Notes under the pieces: generated by a model
Told to the model about the DNA's origin: nothing
Database searches by the model: none
The model's input: the letters and a program-made list of their open reading frames with translations, nothing else
Shown here: piece by piece, positions 1-8,559 of the stretch
Layout of the letters: every line of letters begins with the position of its first letter
How positions within the stretch are numbered: the first letter of the stretch is position 1
Made by a program: the position numbers and the translations under genes
Origin: an uncultured Planctomycetales bacterium
Lineage (GTDB): Bacteria; Omnitrophota; Gorgyraeia; Zapsychrales; GWA2-47-8
NCBI GenBank assembly: GCA_964364715.1
Contig: CAYING010000003.1
Location: forward strand, 3,764 to 67,763
Length of the DNA: 64,000 bases
Reading direction: 5' to 3'

Positions 1-1602
1 CGGCCTCATCAAAAGGGCCATCCCCTGCTGGGCGCGCGCTTCAACCGGCTCCGGGGTCCTCTGCTCGGGAAAAACCGCTTTATGAACTTTAAACATATCC
101 AAAGATGCTTTATACTCCCCGTCCACCGTTTTCGCAGACTTCCATGATATGTATTGAAAGATCCCGAAATCTCCCAAGGCGATCAATATCATCGCCGCGC
201 CGACGATCCATTGCGCATCTCCCAGCGATCGCGTTTCTTTTTTCCTGCCTTCGGTCAGCGCACAAAATACAGCGATCAATAAAAGCCCTGTCCCGTTCCA
301 GATCACTTTGAATGTATTCAAGTCCACCGGGATCTGCCTTATCCACTCGATCAGTGTGCGGCCGGAGACAATATTCTTTATATAAAGATCCGTCAGCCAA
401 GCTCCAGGGATCCGAAATGCATCAAACACAAAGATCAGGCCGGCCAAAAGGATCAGGATGGTCTTTATTTTTTGCCTTCCCCCCTGCTGCCAAAAATGAT
501 CCAGCCCAAACCCCGCGACGATCAAAATTAAGATATGCAAAAAATGGTACGTGTATCCGATGTGACGGTAATAAAACATCAACGGAAAATAATAAACAAG
601 GATCGCAAATATCCCGGCAAAGGACAGCCAAAGGATGCCCACCGCCGCTGAGGCAAAAGCCAGGAATATCTGCCCTCTCACTTTGAACAAGGCAAAAACA
701 AAAAAAACCAGCGTCAGGAATCCAACCGGCCGCTGAAAGATCTCCCAGCGCACGAAAGAGCCGAGGTCATAGATCCCGGCCCAGGTCAAAAACATCCCCA
801 AGCTGTTATGCCCGCCCGCATCGCGCGAACGCAGATCAACACTGACAATAAAATCTTTTAAGAGGACATAAAAACTGATGACCAGGCTGAGAAAGACGAG
901 AAAAAGCGCAAGATTGGCCCAGGACCGTTTGAACAGGCATTTAAAGACATCCTTTTGCCGCGGCCACAGGACAGCAAAAATGACCGTCAGCACAAAAAAC
1001 CACAGGCAGATATGATAGATCACCTCGCCTGTTTCCCAGAACATCACCGTGATCCCGGTCAGCCATAAATATTCCGGCTGTTTATTTTTAAAAAACATCA
1101 GCAGAAAATACGCGGCCATCGGGAACATATAAAATATGGAAAAGAAATAATACAGCTGGTAATACAGATCCGCACCGCAGGAAAAAGAAGCCAGGCAGAC
1201 GATAAAGGTTGTCGCCCGGCTGAAAAAGATCAGGCGGGAAAGTAAATACATTCCCAATAAGAATATAAATTGCTGAAAAAGAATAGAGAGTTTGAACAGC
1301 AGCAACACATTCTCAAAACGTACCACGGCCCCGATAAGCCCGGCCAGATAATTGAACGGCGTCAAGAACGCCAATTGCTCGTGGTTACTGAGAAGCCCGA
1401 AAGAATCATACGGCATCCATTGAGCGATCTCACCGTGGAAGAAAAAATTATTGTAAAAGAAATAAAACAGCTGAAAGCCGTACATCGAGTCGTGGGTCGG
1501 AACGTAAACATCCGGCAAATACGGAAGATTAATAAGGACTACGCTGAGGGCGAGAACCGCAAAATCCCAGCGCTGCAGTGTTTTTGTCAGATCTTTGAGC
1601 AT
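1..1602 (-). CDS. Large polytopic integral membrane protein, N-terminus in window and C-terminus beyond the window start (>530 aa); candidate GT-C/YfhO-like glycosyltransferase
   Basis: Manual minus-strand translation gives one uninterrupted frame from ATG at 1602 (MLKDLTKTLQRWDFAVLALSVVLINLPYLPDVYVP...) to position 1. It is rich in aromatic/aliphatic transmembrane stretches (FYMFPMAAYFLLMFF, WFFVLTVIFAVLW, ILILLAGLIFVF). It is absent from the supplied ORF track, apparently because it runs off the window edge. Its start overlaps the stop of the upstream GT2 gene by 16 nt. Confidence 0.7.
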   Translation of the reverse strand, partial: MLKDLTKTLQRWDFAVLALSVVLINLPYLPDVYVPTHDSMYGFQLFYFFYNNFFFHGEIAQWMPYDSFGLLSNHEQLAFLTPFNYLAGLIGAVVRFENVLLLFKLSILFQQFIFLLGMYLLSRLIFFSRATTFIVCLASFSCGADLYYQLYYFFSIFYMFPMAAYFLLMFFKNKQPEYLWLTGITVMFWETGEVIYHICLWFFVLTVIFAVLWPRQKDVFKCLFKRSWANLALFLVFLSLVISFYVLLKDFIVSVDLRSRDAGGHNSLGMFLTWAGIYDLGSFVRWEIFQRPVGFLTLVFFVFALFKVRGQIFLAFASAAVGILWLSFAGIFAILVYYFPLMFYYRHIGYTYHFLHILILIVAGFGLDHFWQQGGRQKIKTILILLAGLIFVFDAFRIPGAWLTDLYIKNIVSGRTLIEWIRQIPVDLNTFKVIWNGTGLLLIAVFCALTEGRKKETRSLGDAQWIVGAAMILIALGDFGIFQYISWKSAKTVDGEYKASLDMFKVHKAVFPEQRTPEPVEARAQQGMALLMRP

Positions 1603-3086
1603 ATCCGTCTTCCTGCCAGCCGGCATAACAGCCGGAAATAATTCGGCCCGGTCATCAGGATCTTGAACGACGACAAACCCATATTGGCCGAGCGGTTCAT
1701 CCAGGAGATCGGGACTTCCGCGACCTTGAATCCCATGAGCAAAGGCTTGATCCCGGTCTCGGCATTGGCCGCAAAGTCATTAAATTCTATATTAAGCTTT
1801 TCTGCGGCCTCGCGCTTCAATATTTTCAAATTATTGGTCAGGTCGCGAAAGTGCCTCCCAAGAAAAATATTTGCCAGGCAATGGAACGCGCGGTTAGCGA
1901 TGATCTTCGTGAACGGATAATTCAAAAGGACCGATTCCCGGGAAAAACGCGAGCCCACCGCCACCTCCGCCCCGTTTTTTACCGCATCAAAAAGGTCCCG
2001 CATCTCCGGGATGATCGCCCGGAAATCGCAATCCATCAGCACAATATAATCGCCTTTCGCGTTCTTAAGCCCGTCGCGCAACGCCGCCCCGACGCCGTTT
2101 ACGCCGGAACGCCTGACCAACCGCACTCGCTGATCGCGCGCCGCGGCCGTTTCCGTCATTTCCGCAGTTTTGTCCGTTGAGTTATCGTCGACAATAATGA
2201 TCTCCAGAATATAAGAATTATAAAAGTCCCGCAAACCATTGATCAGCGGCACAATGTTCATCTCTTCGTTGCGGCACGGAATGACGAAAGAAACTTTCCC
2301 TTGAAACATCGCGTGCTCGGCGAGGTCCATGACCGGAGGCTGATGATCATCCGCCGCGGAGTGCCGCGCCCAGATGAACAAGGACCCGGCAAAATTTCGG
2401 ATACCCGGACAATTTTCCATGATCAGGCTTAAATGTTGCGCCGGCCAAAGCAGGAATTTAGGAATCGGCGAATAAAGAAAATCGTACGGCAGGGCATGGA
2501 TTTGGGTAAAACCGATCTCGGAAAAAACGGAATAGATCTGCAGAAGATCCAGCGAAATAGATTCTGCCGGGCGTTTCCATTTGAACGGGAGTAATTTTTG
2601 AACAAAACGCCGCGCCCGGTAATACGGATTCCAGGGGTTCTGCTCAAACAACAATAATCCGCCGTCGGGGTTCATCAGCTTCTTGACTTCTTCCAGAAAA
2701 AGGTCCCTCACGTCGTTATTGAGCATCTGGTGGGCGACGACATAATCGAACCTTTCCTCTGCCAACTGTCCTGGAAAATCTTTCAAGAGACAGGGTTTCA
2801 CATTCTTTACGGGAGCGCTGGGCTCGAGGCGCTTCAGATATTCTTCGTCAAAAATAACCGCCGTGATCGGGCACTCATAACGGGTCGCCTTGGCCAGTTC
2901 CTTCGTGAATTTCCCGTCGCCGGCGCCGATCTCCAGGATCCTTTGCCCGGGAAGGATATGGAACAGATGCCGTGTGGTCGCCGCCCGCCAGAACATCCTT
3001 TGATCAATAAAATGATCATAATGGTCCCAATACCCCATCCTGGTTCTTTCCTGCATCGCCAGCTTCTCAGCGAGCTCTCGTCCCAT
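1587..3086 (-). CDS. Fusion protein: N-terminal class I SAM-dependent methyltransferase + C-terminal family-2 glycosyltransferase (polyprenyl-phosphate-sugar synthase-like)
   Basis: N-terminal half carries methyltransferase motif I (RILEIGAGDGKFT). C-terminal half carries GT2 signatures (KVSFVIPCRNEE, IIVDDNSTD, YIVLMDCDF, VAVGSRF). Confidence 0.8.
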   Translation of the reverse strand: MGRELAEKLAMQERTRMGYWDHYDHFIDQRMFWRAATTRHLFHILPGQRILEIGAGDGKFTKELAKATRYECPITAVIFDEEYLKRLEPSAPVKNVKPCLLKDFPGQLAEERFDYVVAHQMLNNDVRDLFLEEVKKLMNPDGGLLLFEQNPWNPYYRARRFVQKLLPFKWKRPAESISLDLLQIYSVFSEIGFTQIHALPYDFLYSPIPKFLLWPAQHLSLIMENCPGIRNFAGSLFIWARHSAADDHQPPVMDLAEHAMFQGKVSFVIPCRNEEMNIVPLINGLRDFYNSYILEIIIVDDNSTDKTAEMTETAAARDQRVRLVRRSGVNGVGAALRDGLKNAKGDYIVLMDCDFRAIIPEMRDLFDAVKNGAEVAVGSRFSRESVLLNYPFTKIIANRAFHCLANIFLGRHFRDLTNNLKILKREAAEKLNIEFNDFAANAETGIKPLLMGFKVAEVPISWMNRSANMGLSSFKILMTGPNYFRLLCRLAGRRICSKI

Positions 3087-3818
3087 CTACTTTGTCCCCC
3101 GAACCATAAAATACGGCGCGATCTTTTTTAACATTGCCTTTTTTTCCCAAGAACGCTCGACGTTCAAGAGCAGCGGAAATGCATCGATCAAAAACGGAGG
3201 AAAAAATCCGAATTGTTCATAAGCGACCTGCCGCAGATTGTTCCGCTGAAAGACGGCCTGGATATTCTCCGGCGTGCTTTTGGATTTATTTTTCTCCGCC
3301 TGCCATCCGCGGTCGAGGATCGTATCGATCATGTGCAGCGGATTCCCGGCATGCGGTTCCAAAAACGCCGCCGTCCCTCCGGTCCGTAGACACGGCAAAA
3401 GTTTTCTTAAATGATCTTCGACATCGTATAAATGGTGCAGGACATTGAACCCGATGATAAGGTCGAATTGCCCCGGAGACGGATCGAAATGATCGAGATC
3501 CGCGCAGATCAGCTCAAAACCTTTCAGATCCAACACAGCGGCATCTTCGCGGAATTTCTTGAGCATCCGTTCGGAGATATCGATCCCGGTCAGCTGGTAA
3601 CCGGATTTGATCAGCGGGATCGAATAGCGCCCGGCCCCGCAGCCGATCTCCAATATTTTCAGATCTCTCTTCAGCCCGGCAAATGCAATAAAACGCTCCA
3701 GGATATTACCTGCAAAGAATGAACGCTCCGAGAACCACATCCGCTTATGGTCCCGCTGATCATAAAATTGCTTTTGAGTTTCGTTCCAGTTTTGAATTAT
3801 CGGCTGTTCTGAAGGCAT
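3087..3818 (-). CDS. Class I SAM-dependent methyltransferase
   Basis: Motif I LEIGCGAGRYS and motif DLIIGFNVLHH. Its stop is adjacent to the start of the GT2 fusion gene (operon arrangement). Confidence 0.85.
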   Translation of the reverse strand: MPSEQPIIQNWNETQKQFYDQRDHKRMWFSERSFFAGNILERFIAFAGLKRDLKILEIGCGAGRYSIPLIKSGYQLTGIDISERMLKKFREDAAVLDLKGFELICADLDHFDPSPGQFDLIIGFNVLHHLYDVEDHLRKLLPCLRTGGTAAFLEPHAGNPLHMIDTILDRGWQAEKNKSKSTPENIQAVFQRNNLRQVAYEQFGFFPPFLIDAFPLLLNVERSWEKKAMLKKIAPYFMVRGTK

Positions 3819-3845
3819 ATCTGAAAAAATACCGTGCCAAGAAAC

Positions 3846-6557
3846 TTATAACAAAATACGAATATGGACATCCCCGTCTGCGTTAACGATCGCGGAACGG
3901 GAAATTTTAATGATGGTGCCGGATCCTTTTGCAACAGGGACAGCTGATCCGTTCAAAATGACCTCGGAGATCTGATAGTGAGGAAAGTCTTTTCGTCTCG
4001 AATTTAAATAAGCGATGTGAAGCTTTTTCCCTGCGAAATGGCACACGACACTCGCCTCGCCCTTTTTATTGAATTCTTCTTTGACCAATTTCGGGGACAG
4101 GATCAGATCGCCGCCTTCCCCGCGCACGCCGAAGGCCTGGGTCAATTGGGTCAAGACCAGCCAGCTCGCTGATCCGGTCAGATAGTGGTACATCCCTTTG
4201 CCGTTCGAATCGAAATATTCCGGGATGCCCGGATAAATCTTGCTTCGGCCGGTGTCCGCGCACATTTTAAAGATCGAATTCAAAACCTGATAACCTTCCC
4301 GGACAAACCCGCGTGAATAGAGCGCGTACGCGTACATCACGATCATATGGCTGAAAAAAGCGCCGTTCTCTTTTGTCCCGTAGGCAAAGCCGAACGCCCG
4401 CCCCAGATCAAGATAATGGTCCAAGCCGAAATCCGTGTTCAGACGGTATCCGCCGAGTTTTTTATCGCGCAGGAAACGATCCACGCTGGCAATGACATTC
4501 TTCGTTTCATTCTCATCCGCCAAGCCGCTCATCACCGCGAAGACCTGTCCGGTCAGCGTCATCCAGACGCGGCTGTCTTTCTTTCCTTCGACGCGCGCGC
4601 CGCTGTTGTCGTAGTAACCGTTGAACCAGGTGTAAGATTTTTGTTTTTCCTGAACGGAAACTTTTTCATGATGTTTGATGTGATTAAATATCCACGCCCC
4701 CTTGCGGCGGAGATCTTTCACCACGTCGGATATTTTCAATTTCTCCTGCGCCCCGCTTAACTCCGGTTGAACGCTGTTAAAATATTTTTGGCACAAAAGT
4801 TCGCGTTTAGCTTCCACTGAACCGTAATCGCACGGGGTTTCCGCCAAAGTATCCAAAAGCATTTTCAATTCCTGAGCGACAAAAACAGTGTCGATTTTAT
4901 TAACTTTGGCCAAATGCTCCAAAAGGTCAGCGATCCCGAGGAGGTTGCCGCCGTAAAAGGACATAAACGCCACACTCTCGCCGCGGTGCGGGGCCATATC
5001 GAGCCCGTCGTTCCAGTCGGCATTTTCCAAGCGCGTGATATTATGTTCGCCCACGTTAAAAAACTGCACCAAATTCTGCACAAGGATATGCTCGAGCACC
5101 GTCCCCTGATAAATGTGCCCTTCCTTGGATTTCAGTTTATTGCCGTACGCCGGATGCCAGGTGAGATCTTTTTCCTTGGCCCGGGATTGCTGGGTATCGC
5201 GAAAATAAGCGGCCTTTTCTAAAAGAAAATCATAATCCCCGGTCTGATTGATATATAAAAGGGTGGTCAGAAACGGCCAGGCGCCGTGATCCATCCAAAC
5301 GCGGGTAATCATATTACGGTCCGCGATAAATTCGCCCGGCTTGGAGCCGATGATCGTCGCGTTCGACCCGTCGATGCGCACGCCGGAGAAATTATTCAAA
5401 AGGCTTTCCCTGACGTGCTCCGGCTCGATCAAAAGCAAGGACAAAAGGTCCTGCCATAGATCGCGCCAGCCTTTGCCGCCTTTGCCGTAATCATGGTCGG
5501 GCAGATAAGAATTCCCGAAGATCCGCCGGAGGACCGGCTGTAAAGTTACCCAGCGCATCCAGGAATCGAATTCTTTATTTCCGGTCGAAAAAATAATAGA
5601 GCGGGTCTTATATTCCCAAAATGTTTTGTTGTTGATCAGGGCTTCGTCAAAATCCGCCGGGGTCTGGAATTCGCGGAACATTTTAAGCGCCTGCTCCTTG
5701 CTTTTGGCAACGCCCGACACCAGGAGATATTCACACGACTTCCCCGGCCGCAAAGTCTCATCGCTAAAACGCAGCGCCCCCGCGGCTTCTTTCCCGTCGG
5801 TCAGATTCTTAGGCAGCTTGGCGGGTTTTAAATTCTGCGCGACCGCTTTCGGCCTTGTCCACGTGCCCTCCTCCCCGCAGAAACTTTCTATCGTCGGGAA
5901 AGTCCCTGACGGTTTCTTGCCGCGGGAATTTATCCCGAACACGAAATACGCGCTGCCGCCGGCCAAATGCTCCTCTTCATTAAAAACCATCGTCGGAGCG
6001 ACTATCACCCCTTCCTTGAGCTGCTCTGTCCGCTGAAAAAGGGACGTGACGTGTTCGTGATCGTGTTTGTTCGCCAGCGCGCGGCCGAAAATGGGGACAA
6101 ACGCGGTCGGCGTGATCTTAAAAGATTTTCTCCCGCTATTTTTGACCGTCACCCGCATCAGCTCGACGGTCTCTCCGGAAATCGGGATAAAATTCACCGC
6201 CTGGATCTCCAGCCCGGCGGCCTTATGCCGGCGGATCAATTTATGCCACAGCTGTCCGGCTTCAATAGACGATTTATCTTCCTTATCGCTGGGGCAAGCT
6301 AAAGAAAAAATTCCTTTGCCGGCAACGTTCACAAAGAAATTCCTGACCGGAGTCCGCAGATCCTCGGTCGAAACCGGCTTGGTCAGGTAATGATATTTGT
6401 CGATCTTGATGTCGCCGCTCAAGTTGGGGCTGATCGAAGATTTGAGGCTGAAGGAATCGATCCCGCAGAGCGGCGCGTACACCGTGCGCAAGACCAAGGC
6501 CTTGCCGGATGTGAACGAAACTCCGTCGGGAAGATAGCTGTAAAGTTTATTTTTCAT
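3846..6557 (-). CDS. Large (903 aa) glycoside hydrolase/phosphorylase-like protein; exact family uncertain
   Basis: Long ORF with coding-like composition. Internal NADWNDGLDM and acidic motifs are reminiscent of (alpha/alpha)6-barrel glycosidases and phosphorylases. Family not assignable without a search. Confidence 0.5.
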   Translation of the reverse strand: MKNKLYSYLPDGVSFTSGKALVLRTVYAPLCGIDSFSLKSSISPNLSGDIKIDKYHYLTKPVSTEDLRTPVRNFFVNVAGKGIFSLACPSDKEDKSSIEAGQLWHKLIRRHKAAGLEIQAVNFIPISGETVELMRVTVKNSGRKSFKITPTAFVPIFGRALANKHDHEHVTSLFQRTEQLKEGVIVAPTMVFNEEEHLAGGSAYFVFGINSRGKKPSGTFPTIESFCGEEGTWTRPKAVAQNLKPAKLPKNLTDGKEAAGALRFSDETLRPGKSCEYLLVSGVAKSKEQALKMFREFQTPADFDEALINNKTFWEYKTRSIIFSTGNKEFDSWMRWVTLQPVLRRIFGNSYLPDHDYGKGGKGWRDLWQDLLSLLLIEPEHVRESLLNNFSGVRIDGSNATIIGSKPGEFIADRNMITRVWMDHGAWPFLTTLLYINQTGDYDFLLEKAAYFRDTQQSRAKEKDLTWHPAYGNKLKSKEGHIYQGTVLEHILVQNLVQFFNVGEHNITRLENADWNDGLDMAPHRGESVAFMSFYGGNLLGIADLLEHLAKVNKIDTVFVAQELKMLLDTLAETPCDYGSVEAKRELLCQKYFNSVQPELSGAQEKLKISDVVKDLRRKGAWIFNHIKHHEKVSVQEKQKSYTWFNGYYDNSGARVEGKKDSRVWMTLTGQVFAVMSGLADENETKNVIASVDRFLRDKKLGGYRLNTDFGLDHYLDLGRAFGFAYGTKENGAFFSHMIVMYAYALYSRGFVREGYQVLNSIFKMCADTGRSKIYPGIPEYFDSNGKGMYHYLTGSASWLVLTQLTQAFGVRGEGGDLILSPKLVKEEFNKKGEASVVCHFAGKKLHIAYLNSRRKDFPHYQISEVILNGSAVPVAKGSGTIIKISRSAIVNADGDVHIRILL

Positions 6558-6591
6558 TGAAAACTTATTGTATCATTTTTTCTGGAATCCG

Positions 6592-7214
6592 CTAGAAAAG
6601 AACCAAAAGATCACTCGGGTTTTGCAGCAAAAAATCCGGTTTATGTTCCGCCAGCGCGTCGCGTGAATTATAGCCCCACGTTACTGCCGCCACTTTTATT
6701 CCCAAACGTCTCGCTGCCACGACATCGCGGATCTCATCGCCGACATAAATGACCTCATCCTTCGGCAGTTTTCTTTGCCGGATCAAACTCTGAAGAGAGA
6801 TATTCTTCCCCCATATCCTGGACGTCGAATGGATGAATTCAAAAAAATCCAGCCCGTGCTGCTGCAGGACCAGCGAAACATTTTCCCGGGAATTCGACGA
6901 CAGTACCCCCATCCGGGCTCCCCGGGTTTTCAATTTTTCCAATGAATCCTTCAGCCCGTCAACAATCTCGATATTCCCGATACCTTTTTGATATTCTCTT
7001 TTCGCGCGGGCTGCAATGGCGGGGATCTTCAGTGTCGGCACATGGAGATAGGCGATGACCTCTTGAGAAGTCTTCCCTCTCAAAAACTCTATGTCCTTAG
7101 GCTCGATACGTTTATAACAAAATTCCCGGCAGATCCGGTTGCTGATCTCGCACATATACAGGTATGTATCCGCGATCGTCCCGTCAAAATCAAAAAGCAA
7201 AATGGAATTACTCA
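6592..7214 (-). CDS. HAD-superfamily hydrolase (phosphatase)
   Basis: Motif I FDFDGTIADT shortly after an internal ATG (MSNSILLFDFDGT). C-terminal motif III is VGDEIRDVVAARRLG. The track's extended N-terminus begins at a TTG at 7302 and is probably not used. Confidence 0.8.
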
Positions 7215-7380
7215 TACCGCTGTATGCTATCAATTCTTCCTCGAGATGTCTATAATTGTTTGAGTGTAAAGCATCTTTGCTGCGAATTAAGAAGCTGATC
7301 AATACTTAATTAATCATCTCCGCCGTAGAGTTCCGCACCCCTAATATCTTTTAGGTCATCAATAATAAGGATTTTCTTCA

Positions 7381-7496
7381 TCCCAATTTTCCTCTATAAA
7401 ATCCCAATTATCATTAGATGAAATTGGGATAAGTACCCCGCCAATGACGCGGGGCAGGCTTGTTACATCTAAAAATATCCAGGGAGAACAAGTACA
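7381..7496 (-). repeat. MITE-like hairpin repeat, copy A (full length, with a GC-rich nested insert)
   Basis: Sequence: CCCAATTTTCC..ATCCCAATT..AATTGGGAT..GTACC[ccccgccaatgacgcggggcaggc]TTGTTAC..AACAAGTAC. Shared with copies at 40998, 44812, 48044 and 48158. Confidence 0.8.
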
Positions 7497-7504
7497 TGGG
7501 CATT

Positions 7505-7744
7505 CTAACCGTTGATAAGCTTCACTTTTTTCTTTTTAGGCCAGCGTTTGATCTGGGCCTCGCGTTTCATGGCGCGGGATTGAGTGCGGAGTTTTGCGGT
7601 ATAGCGAAGTTCTTTGAACCCGAAGATCTTGGTGAATTTGGCGCCGCGGCCGGCCTTGTGGGCCTTCATCCGGCGTTCAACATTATTGGTAATGCCGGTG
7701 TACAATCTTCCGTCCATCGTTTCGAGAATATAGACGTACCACAT
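7505..7744 (-). CDS. GIY-YIG nuclease family protein
   Basis: WYVYILETMDGRLYTGITNNVERRMKAH matches the GIY-YIG core. An internal Met start (MWYVYIL) gives a 2-nt gap to msrA instead of a 37-nt overlap. Confidence 0.75.
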   Translation of the reverse strand: MWYVYILETMDGRLYTGITNNVERRMKAHKAGRGAKFTKIFGFKELRYTAKLRTQSRAMKREAQIKRWPKKKKVKLING

Positions 7745-7746
7745 TT

Positions 7747-8400
7747 TTAAGGGGATTTTTCTAACCTCTTCGGAAGAGGACAAACCAGAGGTTTTTTGTC
7801 CCAGGTTTCTTTAATAAAGCCTTCTCTACCGGAACCGATCCGGTACATCTTGTAATGGCCGGGCTGTTTTTTAGAATAGTCCTGGTGATATTCTTCCGCC
7901 GGATAAAATCTTGAGGCCATGCGGATCTCGGTCACGGCCGGCTTGCCGAACATCCCGCTCTTATCCAGATTTGCCTTGGATTCTTCGGCGATCTTTTCCT
8001 GTTCTTCAGTAAAATAACAAATGGCTGTCTGATATTGGGAACCGCGGTCGGCAAATTGTCCGCCCGCGTCGGTCGGGTCGATCTGCCGCCAAAAAACGTT
8101 CAAAAGTTCTTCATAAAAAATTTGCGCCGGATCGTAAGTGACCTCGACCGCTTCCAAATGTCCGGTCGCGCCGGAAGAAACTTCCGAGTAGGCCGGGTCT
8201 TGTTCATCGCCGCCGGTGTAACCGGAAACCGCGCCGACCACACCAGGCAATTCTTTAAAAACAGATTCAATGCACCAGAAACATCCGCCGGCAAAAATGG
8301 CTTTCTCAGGATCCATCGTTTTCTCCTCCTCAGCATGACCAGGGCCAATCATGTGGCACAGCAGGAACAACACTAATATAAGTTTTACTTTCATAAACAT
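7747..8400 (-). CDS. msrA: Peptide methionine sulfoxide reductase MsrA, with signal peptide
   Basis: Active-site motif GCFWC. N-terminal hydrophobic signal peptide (MFMKVKLILVLFLLCHMIG). Confidence 0.9.
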   Translation of the reverse strand: MFMKVKLILVLFLLCHMIGPGHAEEEKTMDPEKAIFAGGCFWCIESVFKELPGVVGAVSGYTGGDEQDPAYSEVSSGATGHLEAVEVTYDPAQIFYEELLNVFWRQIDPTDAGGQFADRGSQYQTAICYFTEEQEKIAEESKANLDKSGMFGKPAVTEIRMASRFYPAEEYHQDYSKKQPGHYKMYRIGSGREGFIKETWDKKPLVCPLPKRLEKSP

Positions 8401-8492
8401 ATCTTAACCGCAATTACCACCTTAGCAAATTAAAAATAAATCCTTCTCCTATTCCAGGAGGCGCATCATTGGCATTCAGCTTTTAATCTGAC

Positions 8493-8540
8493 GCACAATA
8501 TAAAAGGCGCCCGCCTTAGGCGGACGCCTTTTATATTGTG
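8493..8540. terminator. Bidirectional intrinsic terminator (long palindrome flanked by A/T runs)
   Basis: gcacaatataaaaggcgcccgccttaggcggacgccttttatattgtg lies just 3' of ccsA on the minus strand. Confidence 0.6.
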
Positions 8541-8559
8541 TCCATAAATCAAAAAAATC

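Noticed and set aside
105-1641. Track ORFs at the window start (105..311+, 110..400-, 312..686+, 422..631-, 1270..1641+)
   Set aside because: All are short out-of-frame or antisense reads of one long edge-truncated minus-strand membrane-protein frame (1..1602). The track omitted that frame.
7215-7302. N-terminal extensions produced by TTG/GTG starts in the track (HAD gene at 7302; hemerythrin-like 2 at 60645; LpxL-like at 49251; HAO-like at 15679; porin at 55917)
   Set aside because: Downstream ATG codons with proper RBS, signal peptides or family-typical N-termini are better starts. Several extensions translate repeat elements or terminator T-runs, or overlap neighbouring genes.
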